A stretch of 63,737 nt of DNA, counting the filler, from Intoshia linei (taxonomy: Eukaryota; Animalia; Orthonectida): NCBI GenBank assembly GCA_001642005.1. It is 5 parts of 5 records of this genome, joined end to end, with 100 filler letters (N's around TTAATTAATTAA, not from the genome) between each part and the next. Parts side by side here need not be neighbours in the genome. Positions count along the whole stretch, not along the records: positions 27,247 to 54,021 come from LWCA01000467.1; 4 more parts are not named here. The stretch is one strand, 5' to 3'. Positions 37,059-51,232 of this stretch are shown here, piece by piece. Under the pieces are notes generated by a model, which saw only the letters and a program-made list of their open reading frames with translations, was not told where the DNA came from and made no database searches. The position numbers and the translations under genes were made by a program. Within the stretch, counting starts at the first letter, position 1. The number at the start of each line of letters is the position of its first letter.

Positions 37059-39405
37059 ATGATTTCTCAATATATTAATTTATACATAACAAAAGAATAC
37101 ATGTACAAAAATATGCGAAAATTTATAAATAATATTAGCCTGCGTGAGATAAAATCTATATCAACAAGTGCGTAGACTGATTGTCAGTGCACTCTATTAT
37201 TAAAAAATTTACAATTTAAAAAAGACTGTCATTCAATTTTATTGCCATTAATCTCATTGTTATTTTTAGCAATCTTTTACAATAACACAAGACGGCTTTT
37301 TCATACGGTACAAGTTTTAATTTTGCAATGTAATTCAATAATCAGACCGGTTATTTCCATTTTATCAACATACTCATGAAAAACTCTAGCACTGTAATTT
37401 TTTGTTTACTTGTGTTTATTTATTTCTTTTTACAGAACTTTAAACTAAAGAATTGGCTTGTTAAATTTAATTGTCTTCATTTGCTCAAAAACTTTCTTCG
37501 TCATTATTATGATTTTGATACTATTCGATATATGACTGCTCAAGTTTGTATTTTTAATGGTTGTTTTTCATATTGTTTTAGGATGTTATTGCTATAGGAA
37601 TTACTCATTTTAATGATCGGAGGAAAATTTTAAAAGCAATAAAGTTATTGTATTATGAAGAAGATACCATTCAGTTTGATGAACATGTACGTTTTTTATA
37701 ATTATCATTGAATGATTAGTGATATTTACCAACCCGTTAGTAGGTTGCAAACCTCTGAGTTTGGGGTTTTTAAACTTACCTTTAGGTATACTGCTTTAAT
37801 TTATGGTTATTTAGGATACATTGACTAGCTGGCTCGAAAAAATAGGCTTGCTTGTGTATTACAATAATTTTATTTCTAACGATTATCGAGAAATTTCAAG
37901 TTTAACTTGTTTAACTCAGGAAGATTTGGATATCATTGGAATCACTAAACTTGGTATGATTTGGACATAATTTTTGTACAAAAATAAAAAAAGCTTAATT
38001 TAAAATATTGTTTTTAAACGTTAGCCATATGTATGTACCAGGTACCTAAATGTAAACAAGAGAAGAAACGCCGAACCTACCGTACCTATATTTTCTTCTG
38101 TCACTTGGACCAAATTTTTGTAAAATGGGGACCTCATTTTTCCAAATTGAGCATTAAAAAATTACATTAATGAATATCATAACTATTTTGTGTGTTAAAT
38201 TTAAAATATCAAGTCTTTCAAGTTTTCACGCCAAACTTTTTGACATGGGGGCCGGAATAACTAAAAAAAATCGATGATATATGATAATATTTAAGTTATC
38301 ACCGGTGTATTTTCTAATAGATTTGTAATTCGCGGGTCGTAGTTTGGTGACCACTCGTTTATATAACAATATGAATAGTTTTCGAAAATTTTTTTTGGGC
38401 CCCTTTTTATTTTCGGCTGGCCTCGACCTGGGTAGGTTCTGCTCTGTATGTAATGGTTAATATATCGAAAATTGGAGGAGTATTTCTCATGATGTACAGA
38501 TCGTTATGAAATAAAAAATGTAAGTGGTATGGGTTTTTAAGAAAGCATTCTGTCGGACATGTGTGGGAACTGTAGGAAAATATTGACCCGAACACAGCTC
38601 TATACATTATTTTAAAAAACAAAATGTATTATATTAAATATGTTAAAACTAAAAGTGTTAAAATTAAAATAGATGGGTTTTTAACATTTAACAAGATCAA
38701 CTCAACCACTAATAACCATGTATGACATAAAATGCGTATTTTTTTATTAGAATTATCACGTACTGTGTATTTTTTTTGAAATATTCGGTTTTGGGCACTT
38801 TGCATGAAATGATATTTAAACCGGGATAACTCTATTATTATATTATAGACTCTATAAGTTATTTAATAATGGTAAATTAAGTATTTATTCATTTATACTA
38901 ATGTATTTATAATGTAGGACACGTAAAAAAACTAATGAACTATGCTATGAAATGGAAGCAGCAGTTGGGTTCTCTAAAAAAATACAAAAGTTGCAATACA
39001 AATATAAACTACCAATATAACAGCCTAAAATCCTGTAGAAAATTATCATTTATGCAATCCAATACGGATTTGCTAAGTAGATGTAATTTATTTAACGAAC
39101 TACGCATCCGCCGTGAAAAATCTAATCAAAATTTGGATGAAAAACCACTTAAATTTGAATCAAATTTATCACAAACCCATGACAGTCCAATTTACTCATC
39201 CGTGTGGCGAGATGATGAAGGTATTGTCAAGGACATGTTATCACCATTTTCATTTTCAACTTGCTCCAAACTTGATAATAAATTATGCAATGAAAAAATT
39301 CCACTTAATTTTATTAATAATGATAAAAAGATTGCCAAAGTTACAGCTCTACCTCAAGTCCAAGATGAACCCATCAATTATAAAATTTCGAAAAATTTTT
39401 TATAA
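37059..39405 (+). CDS. Caskin-like tandem SAM-domain protein (5' end uncertain)
   Basis: SAM1 LKNWLVKFNC..NFLRHYYDFDTIRYMTAQ/DVIAIGITHFNDRRKILKAI and SAM2 TLTSWLEKIGLLVYYNNFISNDYREISSLTCLTQEDLDIIGITKL/GHVKKLM closely parallel the Caskin SAMs (GYDLPTISRMTPEDLTAIG; EDLQEIGITKLGHQKKLM). Confidence 0.8.
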
Positions 39406-40068
39406 TTGTATGTCTTTCATGTATATTTATTACTACAGAATTTAGTGTAGTTTTGTTTAATAATTTTTGTAATAAATTCTTATGTAGTTAAAATTTAAAT
39501 ACTCAGATGTACCATGTGACACGGTCCGTGTCATAGTGGAAGTGTTATTTCAAGAGTAAAGAAGTTATTAATTTAAATAAAAATAAAATATTTGATATAC
39601 AGTCAAACCTCAATTTAACGAATATGATAAACCTATCTTTTAACAAACAAACATAATATTAATAATTTATGGGTATACTGGTACTATTAACAATATAATT
39701 TTTCGAATTCTGGCTAAATATCCAATTAAAATTGTGTAAATTTTATTTAATTGCATAATATGAATTCCAAAAAAATTAAGCTAGAAACAAATTTTAAAAA
39801 ATAAACTGTATAACTAAACATGGAGAACTATATTATAATGTCGGTACCACGTTTAAAAGCTCAAACGCCAATTTCCGTTAAAATAAAGTTCAGTTTTAAT
39901 TTCTTCATAATATTTATACAGTGATATTTAAAATGACAAACGCAACTCGAATAGATAGCGTTAAATATTTTTGATTGCGAATTAGTTTTTCTATTTTAAA
40001 AGTACACACTTTTAGTGCTAATTGCCCATCGAATTTTATAATTTTCCAAAAAATGTCACACTTTAATG

Positions 40069-40520
40069 CAAGGGTTATCAACCTTTTTCAACCAACGCCC
40101 CCATTACACCATAATTTATGAATTTCAAAATCAAAGCCCCCATCATAAAATGAACTAGAATTTTTATAAAATCAATAATGGAAAAAAAGGTAAATAATAC
40201 TAAGTATAAATTAAAAAAAACACAATTAATGTAGGACATTTAATTGTGGAGATCGATGGGTAAATTATAAAAAAAAATATAAAAATTTTTTATTTATTTC
40301 CATCTGATCCTTGCGCCTGGTCATTGAGTGCCAACTGTTTAATTATTGGTTTTATTCTAATTAATTTTATAACAATATCTCCTCTTTGACAAATATTAAT
40401 TTTGTTTCTCTTTTTAGTCAATATTTTATGAACAGAACTGAATCCACTTTCAACCATGTAAGAGGTTGGAAAACACAATAAGAACCGCCCCTTAAAATTT
40501 CTAAAAAACTCCCCATTCAA
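40069..40520 (-). mobile_element. 3' fragment of a Buster/ZBED8-like hAT
   Basis: LLCFPTSYMVESGFSSVHKILTKKRNKINICQRGDI (hAT dimerisation domain); TIR CAAGGGTTATCAACCT at 40069 with flank CTTTAATG. Confidence 0.8.
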
Positions 40521-40644
40521 GTTTGATTTAAAAAAAATTACTAAAATCCAAAATTAGACTAAAATATAAATGAAGGTTTTATACATTTACGACTAACCCA
40601 TAGAATGTGTACATTTCAGTTTTACACATTCTATACGACATATA

Positions 40645-41842
40645 CACCCCGACAAAACCTTAGAGCACCTGTATTATATTGAAATATAAGGAAAACTAAA
40701 AGGAATCATAATCTAATTTTTTCAATACTAAAACAATATGGTATATCAGTTATTGCCCCGAATTTTAAATTGTGTAATTATGTATACTTTTTTTATAATT
40801 TGAGAATGAAAAAAAAGTCGAAAAAAATATGTGAGAAAAGTGCTATAACGCTTTCTAATTTACAGCAAATAAAATAAAATAATTTATTTAAAACCTAATT
40901 TTATAATTTAAATAATGAGTTCTTCCACCTTTATTTGTAATAACTTCAAAAATTCTAGAAGGCATACTTGCAATTAAGGTGTTAACCTTGGGTTGGTTAA
41001 TGGAATTTGATGCTCTCTCTATGGCTGATCTCAGATTTTTTAAACATTTATATTGTTTTCCATCTTTATATACAATTTTAGTCATCATTCCCTATATATT
41101 TTCTATTGGGTTTTGATCCGGTGAGCATGGTGGCCACGGGATAACATTAATATTTTTACGATTTAACCATTCTTTAGTCATTTTTCAGAGTTTAATTTTT
41201 CGTTTGTAAAACATAATTGAGTTTTAAATTTTTTTCCAAATCCTCTCCAAACCATTACACTGTTTCCTCCACATTGTCGTTTTAATTTGAATAATTGCTC
41301 TTTCCTAATATTGTGAAAATAGTAGGAATAACCATCTGGTCCGTTCAGGTTAAAACGTTTTTCATCGGAAAAACATTATTGATAATCAAATATATATTTA
41401 ATTGAATGTAGTACGAGCAAAAAGTATCCTTTTTTCCATGTGGAGTTTTGTAAGGTTTGGGCATTTTATATGACTCTTTGTTGAATGTTCGGTAAGGAAC
41501 ATAATTTCCGTTGTATCGTCCTAGTGGAATTGTCATTAAAAAAACAATTTGATTTTAATGAACTAGCACTACGACAAAAATTAGACGCTTCTCGCAATAA
41601 AAGTCGTTTATCAGATGGACTTAATGTCTTTGGGTGTATAATTTTATTATTTAATTTTTTTGACGAACAATTATTAAGATACGTTTGTATGCACTTTCTA
41701 CTTTATGCTAATGTTATTGCAATTTTCATGCAATGCAATGTTAAGTGAAATTTTCTAAATTTATTAAATTTTATTTTAATTTTCATCCAGAATATGGTTT
41801 TAATTGCATTTTTATAGGGTGCTTTAACGTTTTGTCGGGGTG
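40645..41842 (-). mobile_element. Tc3-like Tc1/mariner element, both TIRs present, transposase decayed
   Basis: TA|CACCCCGACAAAACCTTAGAGCACC ... GGTGCTTTAACGTTTTGTCGGGGTG|TA. Encodes [37 protein letters not shown] and SMPSRIFEVITNKGGRTHY. Confidence 0.93.
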
Positions 41843-42204
41843 TACATTGTACATGTACAAATAAAAATTAAATTAAAATTATTTTATATTTCGATAGCTA
41901 CACAGTCACAGGCCGACAGTAATGTACGTATTTCACCGTAAGACTGTTAATTTCTGAGTTATAAAAATTTTTACATTAATTTTTTTAAAACACATTTAAA
42001 TATAGTTTGATATCAATCAAATCCTAATTAATAATTTTCTAAGTTATTAATTACTATTCATAACAATGTAAAACCCATTTGTATTGTACTAAATTAAGTT
42101 TGTAAGTAATGTAAGCTTAATTATTTTTGTTTCATTATACTAGGTTACAAATTAATAGAAACACAGAAATATAATTAAAGATTAGAATCAAATTATAGGA
42201 AGAA

Positions 42205-44720
42205 ATGAGAAATAAAATCATTCATCGTAATGAGATTTTGTTGGACTCTCAGGTTTGATAATTTTTAGATGTAATATTCGATTAATATTGGAAAAGTTCA
42301 TTATCAAATAATTAATACACATATATCAGCGGTAACAGTTGAAATTCATGTTGCCACAGTAGTATAGCAGAACCTACCTTACTCAATGTCATTGAAAATA
42401 AAAAAATAAGTCCTTAGCTCTTCTCCACTGGTCTTGACCTAAGATTTTAAACTAGACACGCAAAATAGCTGCGATATTCAAAAATATAAATTCTTAAAAT
42501 GCTACCTTTAGAGAAATGAGACCCGAAGAAGGTTATCGAGTTATTCCACGTATAATACTAAAGAATAATTAGTTTTATAAATATCGAATAAAGATTTTGA
42601 TATTCCTTTTGTTTAACATTAGAGTAATTTTAACTACCTGCGTCTAAAATTATTCAATCGTTCCTATACGGGGTCTGTATAACTGGAAATTAAGCATCTA
42701 CTGATTGATTCTACTACCACCTAAAACTTTAAACCGTAATATTTAATATTAAACCACAGATATTTGTCTATAAGATGCTCAATGACATATCCTCAAAATA
42801 GTGTTAAAATTATTTTATGTTTTAAGACAGTGCGTCATAGGTTTTTAGATCATAACATAGTCGGTTATAAAATCATAATAAAACATTAGATTAATAAAGT
42901 TAAGGATATTCAAAAAAGAATTTTAAGAATTAGAAGCGGAACAATTAAATCTCAAATGTTGATATTTTTAGAACAGGAAACATTTAAACTAAAGGTATAT
43001 AGTATTTCACCATTATTAAATATTCTTGTACTGTATTGAAACTTCAAGTTTGCAAATATTGCATATACAATTGTAGCAATTATTTTTTAAGATTTCATAT
43101 AAATTGGACAAAGAACTAAGAAGGTGTCGAAAAGTTGTCAAAACATTACTATGTCAAGGACGCAATCGAGACGTGGGACCAATTCGAACAAGGTTATGTA
43201 ATTTGGAGGATAAAATGGAGGATATATTACATCGAAAACCTCCAAATTATGATTATGTTGATGATTCAATTAATGTAATTTTAAAAAGATGGTTAAGTCT
43301 TATTTTAGGATTAGTAAGACATTGTGCAGTGCACATTCTGCACACTATCATGCTAATTTTAATTTTAATTTTAATATTTATTTTGATTTTGTGATATTAC
43401 TTGGATTATTTTCGGACTTAATTACTAATCATAAAAATAGTGTAGACAGGGGTAACAATTGAAAAATGTAGATTCATACAAGGCTCTAGACATGTTAGAA
43501 AGTTATCACATACGTTTATCTTTAAATTATGAAATGTGATCAAATTCTAGATGATTGCGAGAAACAGTACAATTGAAATATTCGATAAAAACATAATAGA
43601 CACATCAGAATCAAAGAATATGAGTGTAAATTCAATGTGTAATTCAAAATCAATTACTCCAGGTAATATTTAATTTATCAAAAAGTAGCTTGTAATATAA
43701 TCATTTAAAAACTAATCTTTAGTTTTTGAAAACGCAAAAAATTATTGGAATCTTGAACAGAGCCGTGTAATAATCAATAAAAATAATGCTTCAAATGTAA
43801 CGCCCCACAAAAAAATGTGTTTAATGGTACTTGGATCTTTTTTGGCTGATTCTAGTAATTTTTATTTATATTGAAATGCAGTGTGGTTCATGTTATATAA
43901 ATGTTCTAGGTTGACTGTTATGTACTACGTACAAATAGCACCTAGATCTGCCAAGGCCAAATTTTTATTATTTCAAAAAAATAAATTTACGTTGAAAATT
44001 TAACTTAAATCTTACTATTCACTATTATCAATCTTTTAAAGGAGTGGTTCCCAAACTTGTTTCAGGTGGAACCGTTATATAACATTACTTTTTACTATTG
44101 CGTAGGAATGAAAAAAATTCCGAAGAAATGAATTATATATATTTACATCTATATTTCTGTATTGGAAATGTGTAGACGTTCAATGCACATTTTTTTGAAA
44201 GTTGTAGAATCAATATTAAAAATTATTTTTCACTCGGAATACATAGATTTCTGGGGTTGAAATTTTGTATTTATAACAACTGGAATAAGCTATATCAGAA
44301 TAATATTTTTTTTCATTTTTGGACGGATAATTATTTCACATATTTTGTTTTAATAAAATATTTCGGAAAAAAAATATATTATTAATTAATCATTAAACAT
44401 AAATATCAGCCTCAAAAAGCTGTAATAGAAATTGGGTTTGTTTAAATTCTATAGCTGTTAAATGTTTAAATAAACGGTAACACACTCATACAGAAATTTA
44501 ATTCTATATAAATAAATATTTTATTATTTAAATTTTATGGTAATTTATTTTTTTGGTAGAATTAAAAAAAGTCCGCCCTCGGTCGCACTAGGTGCTCGTT
44601 TGTACAAAGTACATAACAGTCAAGCTATTGACACAAAATAAATAAATAAATAAATATTTAGATAATCGTCAGTTGACTTTTAATTCAAAGTTCAGTGACG
44701 CCATCGAGAATAAAGTTGAG
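42205..44720 (+). CDS. Hypothetical multi-exon protein
   Basis: AG..GT-bounded open exons (DIQKRILRIRSG.., ISYKLDKELRRCRK.., MIARNSTIEIF.., FENAKNYWNLEQ..). No family recognised; ends uncertain. Confidence 0.45.
43906..44628. mobile_element. Two Helitron copies head-to-head (3' ends pointing outward)
   Basis: Family 3' terminus on the minus strand at 43906 and on the plus strand at 44628. Confidence 0.75.
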
Positions 44721-44782
44721 GTATATATAAATTATTGTTTATAATTATTATATTATATTATAATATGTATAATATAACACCA

Positions 44783-45436
44783 GACAACATTTTTATAGTT
44801 TTAAAAAAAATTCTGTTAAATTTTAATTTTAAATGATGGACCGAATTGCAAAATGTATATTTTAAAAGATAGAGGGAAATTTGCCTCCTAATTACCGTAA
44901 TAATATTATATTAATATTATATTATACAAAAGATTATTTGATATTTTAAATCATTAAGTAAACTATTTTAAGTAACTAATATTTTTTAAATACATAATTA
45001 TAAATGGTGAATCTAATAAAACTATANTTTTCATCATTGATATACTCATATTTAATCTATATATGTAGATCGCTCGGGAATATTCGAGACAATTTGTTTA
45101 TTATAAATTGCGTGCATGATATTACATTTATATTAGAAATTGGAAAAGTTTATTTATCTATTGTTAGTTTTTTTTATAATACAGTATTACACAGAACAAC
45201 ATTTTTACAGTTTTAAAAAAATTTCTGCTAGGTTTTATTTTTAAATAATAGACCGAATTGCAAAATGTATATTCTGAAGGATAGAGGGAAATTTGTCTCC
45301 TAGTTACCGTAATAATATCATTAATATTATTTTATACAAAGGATTATTGCATATTTTAAATCATTAAATGAACTATTTTGGGTAACTAATATTTTTTAAA
45401 TACATAATTATAAATGGTGAATCTAATAAAACTATA
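44783..45436 (+). repeat. Diverged direct duplication (about 245-bp core, offset about 412 bp)
   Basis: GACCGAATTGCAAAATGTATATT...TAAATGGTGAATCTAATAAAACTATA occurs twice; an N lies at about 45027. Confidence 0.85.
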
Positions 45437-45837
45437 AAAATTTAAATTATCTTTAAAAAAAATGGCAAAACTTACCCTCATCATAGGTTTTTTAAAGAAT
45501 TTCTGGGATATTTTTTTACAGTAAAATATATACGGGAAGACGCAAATATAATCCCATGACACAAAATTATTGATCATCCAGATTTTTTTTTAAATTTAGT
45601 TTTAATAATTAACAAATAGATAAAATTTGAAATCCACCATAAAGAATAATCATAACGCATGTTTATATTTTTTTAACTTTAACACGAAATGGTTCACATT
45701 TGATAGAGTAAGATTTTTTTGATTTTGTTAGACGTAAGTCAGAAATTAGACCATATTTATTTGATTTTATACAATAATGGTCAATGACCATTGGTCATTC
45801 ATTTAAAAGTAAATCAATTTTATATATTAGTTTAGTT

Positions 45838-46103
45838 CAACGGTTCTCAAATGTGGGTACTGGTACCACCTAGGGGTACCATAAATTATTTTGGGGTACC
45901 AGTTCATCTCATCCTATGACTCATACTTCATGATTCATAAATTATAAATATTTTTACAAATTTCATAATATATTTATGTATCTATTTTTAATGAAGTAGA
46001 GTTTAACTATTTTATTTGATTTTTTTAATTCACATGGTATCATAGTTACAATAAATAGAAATTATTATGGGGTACCAACTGCGAAGTATGTTGAGAACCG
46101 CTG
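45838..46103. mobile_element. Buster/hAT MITE with perfect TSD
   Basis: GTTTAGTT|CAACGGTTCTCAAA ... GTTGAGAACCGCTG|GTTTAGTT. Confidence 0.92.
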
Positions 46104-46533
46104 GTTTAGTTGTATGTAACTACAGAAATGACAGTTATTAATATTAATTAATGCTTTAAATACGAGATACGTTTTTAAAATTTTTTCAGGAATGTAAAAA
46201 TTATATTTGTATATTATCTTTTTTTAAGCAGAAATTTTTTTCAGTTGTAATTGTTTCACAGTACAACATTTTTGACCATTTTTGAAATCTGTCTGTATCA
46301 TTTTCATCAGAAAACGTGCACAATATAAGGAAATCTAATAATTTAAGGTTAAAGAAATTTCTGTCGCGTTGTTACTGAAATAATCAAGTAACTGGTAGTG
46401 ACTCACCACATATATACTTTGTTTTCAAAAATATACCATATTTTTAACGCAGTTTTTAAGGAAATGTTTAAATTAAAAAATATCTCTATAAGCATATATT
46501 ATATGAAGAATCATTTAATACCATCTTTTAGGG

Positions 46534-47479
46534 CAATGGTTGCCAAACTTATTGATATGCGGGCCGCATTGACCACGTATTATTATGTCGCGGGTCGCAC
46601 AAATATCGTGACTACACATGAAACAATTTAAATTTTAAATTGATGAAATTCTATTAAATTATTTAAAGTGTCAAAATTCCATTTGAATAATTAACAATTA
46701 TTATTTTTGGAGTGCATTTTAATTATTAATTGTGTTTATTATTAAGTTTCAAAATTGTATTATATTTATAATTATATCTATGCAAACAATAAAAGAAAAT
46801 TTGAACAAAAATTAGCCTATTATTGATAAACAATAAAAATAATTTTTTTGTTCAACTATTGATAAAACCAACCAAAAAATTTAATTTTTATATCATTGCA
46901 TTTAGTTTAATCTAATTAAAAATATACAATTATTTTATTTAAAAGAGATAAAGATAGGAAAATTTTATCTAATGCGCAAAAATTAATAAACGGTTAATTA
47001 TTTAAATGGAATGTGACATGTTGTAAAATTTACAATGTAAACCGGTGATATCGCTCACTACTGGCCGATTTGACTTTTTTACTGGGCGATGCGAAAATAA
47101 ATATTTTTCATTTTTTTCAACAAATTAAATTTTATCAAATAAAAAAAAATTGAATTAAATTGAACCATAATTAATTTATTAAGAGTTTGACAATATAAGT
47201 TATCCAACACCAATTATCTGTGTAGTAAGTATGTTGCCTTTTATATTTTAATAAAATTTAGTTATGCCTGCTTCCAAAAAATATGTTCCTGGATATTCTA
47301 CCAATCATTTAAAATTTGGTTTTATATTTTTTTAAAATTTTATTTTTACTGGGCGATAAAAACAATATATTTAATAAAATTCTAAAAAATGGGTCGGGAA
47401 ACACTGATGTAAACAATCAATTTCAATATAAACATAAGTATAAAGCATGATTTCGCGGGCCATAGTTTGCCCACCACTG
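46534..47479. mobile_element. Buster/hAT non-autonomous element
   Basis: TTTTAGGG|CAATGGTTGCCAAACT ... AGTTTGCCCACCACTG|TTTTAGTG. Confidence 0.8.
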
Positions 47480-48142
47480 TTTTAGTGGATAGATTACGGA
47501 TTAAAAAAAATTCAAATATTTCGACGAAAAACGGTTTTACAAAATCTAAATATAATGAGCGCTCTTGAGATGATTCAGTAAGCCTTACTGAATTAAATTC
47601 TAGAACTTTGTTCATTTTTGGAAAAAATGGTAATTTTGGGTTTTGACCATGAAGATGTAAGTTTCTGAGGTTGAAATTTACGGCAATATTAGTGATCTGC
47701 GTCTATGATATATAGGTTCTTTTAATTTTTATGTCTAATTTTATTGTTTAAAAAAAGGAAAAAAGGAGCTTTTGACTCTGAAGAACCCAATTTCTGAAAA
47801 TCATATTTACGATAATGCATCACTCTTGAAAACCTTTATTAGAAATAAGGTTTTTTCAATTTTAGCATTGTGAATTTTTTAAATAAACGGTAACAGACTC
47901 TCACATGCAGACATTCTATTTCATATCAGTAAATAATAAATTCAAAAAATTATTTACACATTGTAATAATTGTAAACATTTATCATCTGATTAATATTTA
48001 TTTTTTAAATTTTTGAGCGTTGTTCTGTGTTATTATTATACTGTAGTCTCAATTAAATTAAATAAGTGGGTATCCGGTGACGAATTTAGTCTCTTGAAAT
48101 TACTCACAGTTCTTATTTAGAATTTTATTTGATTTAATATAG

Positions 48143-51081
48143 ACTATTAAAAATGATTACAAAGCGACAACAAATGATGTTACAGGTTCTATGGAATCAT
48201 CAAATACCGCTATTGAAAACCAACATAAAACCTTTTTCCGAAATTTTCTCAACAATATATACAGGATGTTTAATGTAATCATTTATTGATTTCGCATTTT
48301 TTGTAGTAAATTGTAGTAGTATTTACATTAATTTTCTAATGCGTATTCGAATTACCACTGGAATTATAACTAACTAGCTTGACTGTTTTGTATTACGTAC
48401 AAATAGTATCTAGTTCTGCCGAGGGCGGACTTATATAATTCTACCAAAAAAATAAATTCACATAATGTCAATAATAAAATAATAATTAAAAATGCTACTC
48501 ATTATTAACAATCATTTAAACAAGTCATTCCTAAACTTGAATTTCACATTAACTTTTCATTTAAAATGAATTATTCCCACTTAATTTTATTTGGTTAGCA
48601 TTTTTGTATAGAATTTTTAAAACAATTTTTGTGATCCCATTTATTTAATTTATTAGAGATAATGAATGTATAATCTTAAAAATAAAGCCAAAATAGTAAA
48701 TCCTAAATATTGTTAAAATAGCTTAAATTCCATAAAAAATAAAATTGTAAAAAACCTGTATATTCAGTATCTGCTTTCGATGAGTAAAAAATATCAATTT
48801 CAATAATTAACGGAAGCAGCAGTTTAAAAACATATTTCGGATGAATTTTATCAACATGCAAAGCATTCAAATACAAAATACAAAAATGATAATAACAAAG
48901 TTGTACTTTTAGTTGCTGTAGTTTTAAAATAAATTTCGTAAAATTTTTTCAAAATGAGAATTTGAGATTTAAAAATTGCGTAGCAATGAAAAAAATTCCG
49001 AAGGAATGAATTATATAGATTTTCACACATATTTCTTTATTGGAAATCTGTAGACGTTCAATGCACATTTTTTTTGAATTCGTAGGATCAGTATTTATAT
49101 TTTAAATTTTTATTTTAATTGAAATATTTGAAAATAAAAAATAATTTTTCACCGGGAATGCGTAGATTTCTGGGGTTGAAATTTTGTATTTATATCAACT
49201 GGAATAAGCTCTACAGATAATCCTTTTTTTTAATTTTCGAACAGTTAATAATTTCACATTTTTTGTTTTTATACAATAGTTTCGAATAAAAAAAAATGAA
49301 TACTAACATGATTTTTTGATCGGGAAGGCGTCAATTCAGATTAAAATTTTTTTTGTGTGTTAACAGCATACAACTGTACCACATGTAATTTTTTTTAAAT
49401 TTAAATTTATGATAATGTTTATGATTTTAATATCTGTATCAGAGTGTATATTTTTTTAAATTCTCAAACTCGTTTGATTTCCAAAAAAAGGATAAGTGGG
49501 GTTTTTGACCAGTAAGATGTGAGTTTTGGAAGTTTATCTTACTTTCACCCGACAAAAACTGTAATAAAAATGCGGACTTTATAAAATTCTAAGACTCTTA
49601 GTTATTGAAATAAACGATAACACACTCAGACAAACAAAGAATTTTATATTTAAACAAAAGGCAAATTGGGTTTTTGACAATAAACGTATTATAATTGTGT
49701 TTTTTTAATTCTACGACTGTTAATTTTTTAAATATACTGCAACACACAGAAATGTAATGTTATATAAGTAAAAGATGAAATGATCTGGTTTGCACATGAA
49801 TATTTTTTAATTTTAATACTACAAAATCTGTTAAATTTATAAAATTTAAATTTTTAGTTTATTTATGGCGATTTGGAGCATATTATTGATCATGATGGTA
49901 AACAAACGGCAATTAAATTGCTAAAATCATTCTTCTCCTTTGTAATTATTGAATTTTTGTATACTAAATTTTAACTTTATTCTAATGGCCCGTCAATGGG
50001 TGCATAAAATTAAGAGATTAAATAATATAAAATAAAATTAAAATTCACTATCCATTGTTTAATCCAGCACGCTGCAGCGATTTCCAAACTAACCCTTCTG
50101 GAGCAAAAAATTTCAGTCACCATAACAAAGTTTTCTAACATTACCTATTCATTTACAATATTAGGCCCGTCATATGGCATTGGTGCTAATATATTCTTAT
50201 ACAGAATAAATTGACATCCGATGTCTATATACAATTATATTTTAATAGGTACAATGCAATGAATATTTTGAATATTATTTAAACAGTTGCAGTAATTTAT
50301 TTAACAGTGCTCCAGCCTCCAAAAACGAAATGATTGAAAATAAATTTCAAAATATGATTGAAAAAATAAAGCCTATCATGACCAGGGATATTTTTATTTA
50401 TGTTATTTTCGACAAAGTTTGTGTTTGGTTGATATTTCAAATTTTTTAAATATATTAATCTTAGGAAATTCAATTGCAAGAAATGGGAATATATTATACA
50501 CAATTTCCTTGTCATTTATAGTGACAAGTATAGGTAAATTATATTCACATTTTAAATCGTAATTATCTTAATTTCTTTATATGCTGAATTAATATAAAAT
50601 TAAATATTCATTTTTACACTGTTTGGGGAATTGTGTAATATTTGCTTGTAAAATTAAAAAAAAGGGTAATTTTTGGTTTTGGCCCTGAAGATATAATTTT
50701 TTTAAATTTAAATTTATGATTTTAAAATCCGCATCAGCGTATATATTTTTTTAAATTCTCCAACTCGTTTGATTTTCAAAAGGAGAGAAAACTGGGGTTT
50801 TTGACCCGTAAGATGTGAAATTGGGAGGTTAAAATTTATCTTATTATACGTCCCGGAAAAAACTGTAATTGAAATATGGTCTTTTAAAAATTTTAAGACT
50901 GGTGTTTAAATCAATAAAGTGGAACACACACACACAAACAAAAATCCCGCAGCATATTATATAAGTTAGGATATATAGGGTATTTTTAGAGAAGAAAAAT
51001 TTAATGAATTACACTTAAATTGGCGTAATACGGAATGTGAATCTTATTTATATAAAATTAAAACCATTTCTATATTTTTTG
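48143..51081 (+). CDS. Possible CCZ1/HPS4/INTU-family longin-domain gene (fragmentary, possibly pseudogene)
   Basis: Exons 48143-48274 and 49858-49941 splice in phase to ...KTFFRNFLNNIYRMFN/FIYGDLEHIIDHDGKQTAIKLLKSFFSF, resembling CCZ1 VLRQCYSMYKLFNGTF....G...LKERLEKFF. Downstream exons were not cleanly joined. Confidence 0.35.
48374..49760 (-). mobile_element. Non-autonomous Helitron (intronic)
   Basis: 3' CTAG at 48374-48377 with family hairpin; body shared with the 34040-35607 and 57418-58320 copies. Confidence 0.8.
50640..50971 (-). mobile_element. Helitron 5' fragment
   Basis: Minus strand A|TCCTAACTTATATAATATGCTG..TTTGTTTGTGTGTGTGTGTTCCACTTTA, the same as the 35698 start. Confidence 0.75.
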
Positions 51082-51232
51082 GTAATTATTTAAATTTAAG
51101 GATTATAATCAATTATGGATTAAATATGAATATTATTTCTGTTATATATTAGTTACCCTTTGAGGAACATTGCTTTATTTTAAAATTCCCAAATTAAATT
51201 TAACTTATTGTAAAATTCTTAATTCCCTATAC

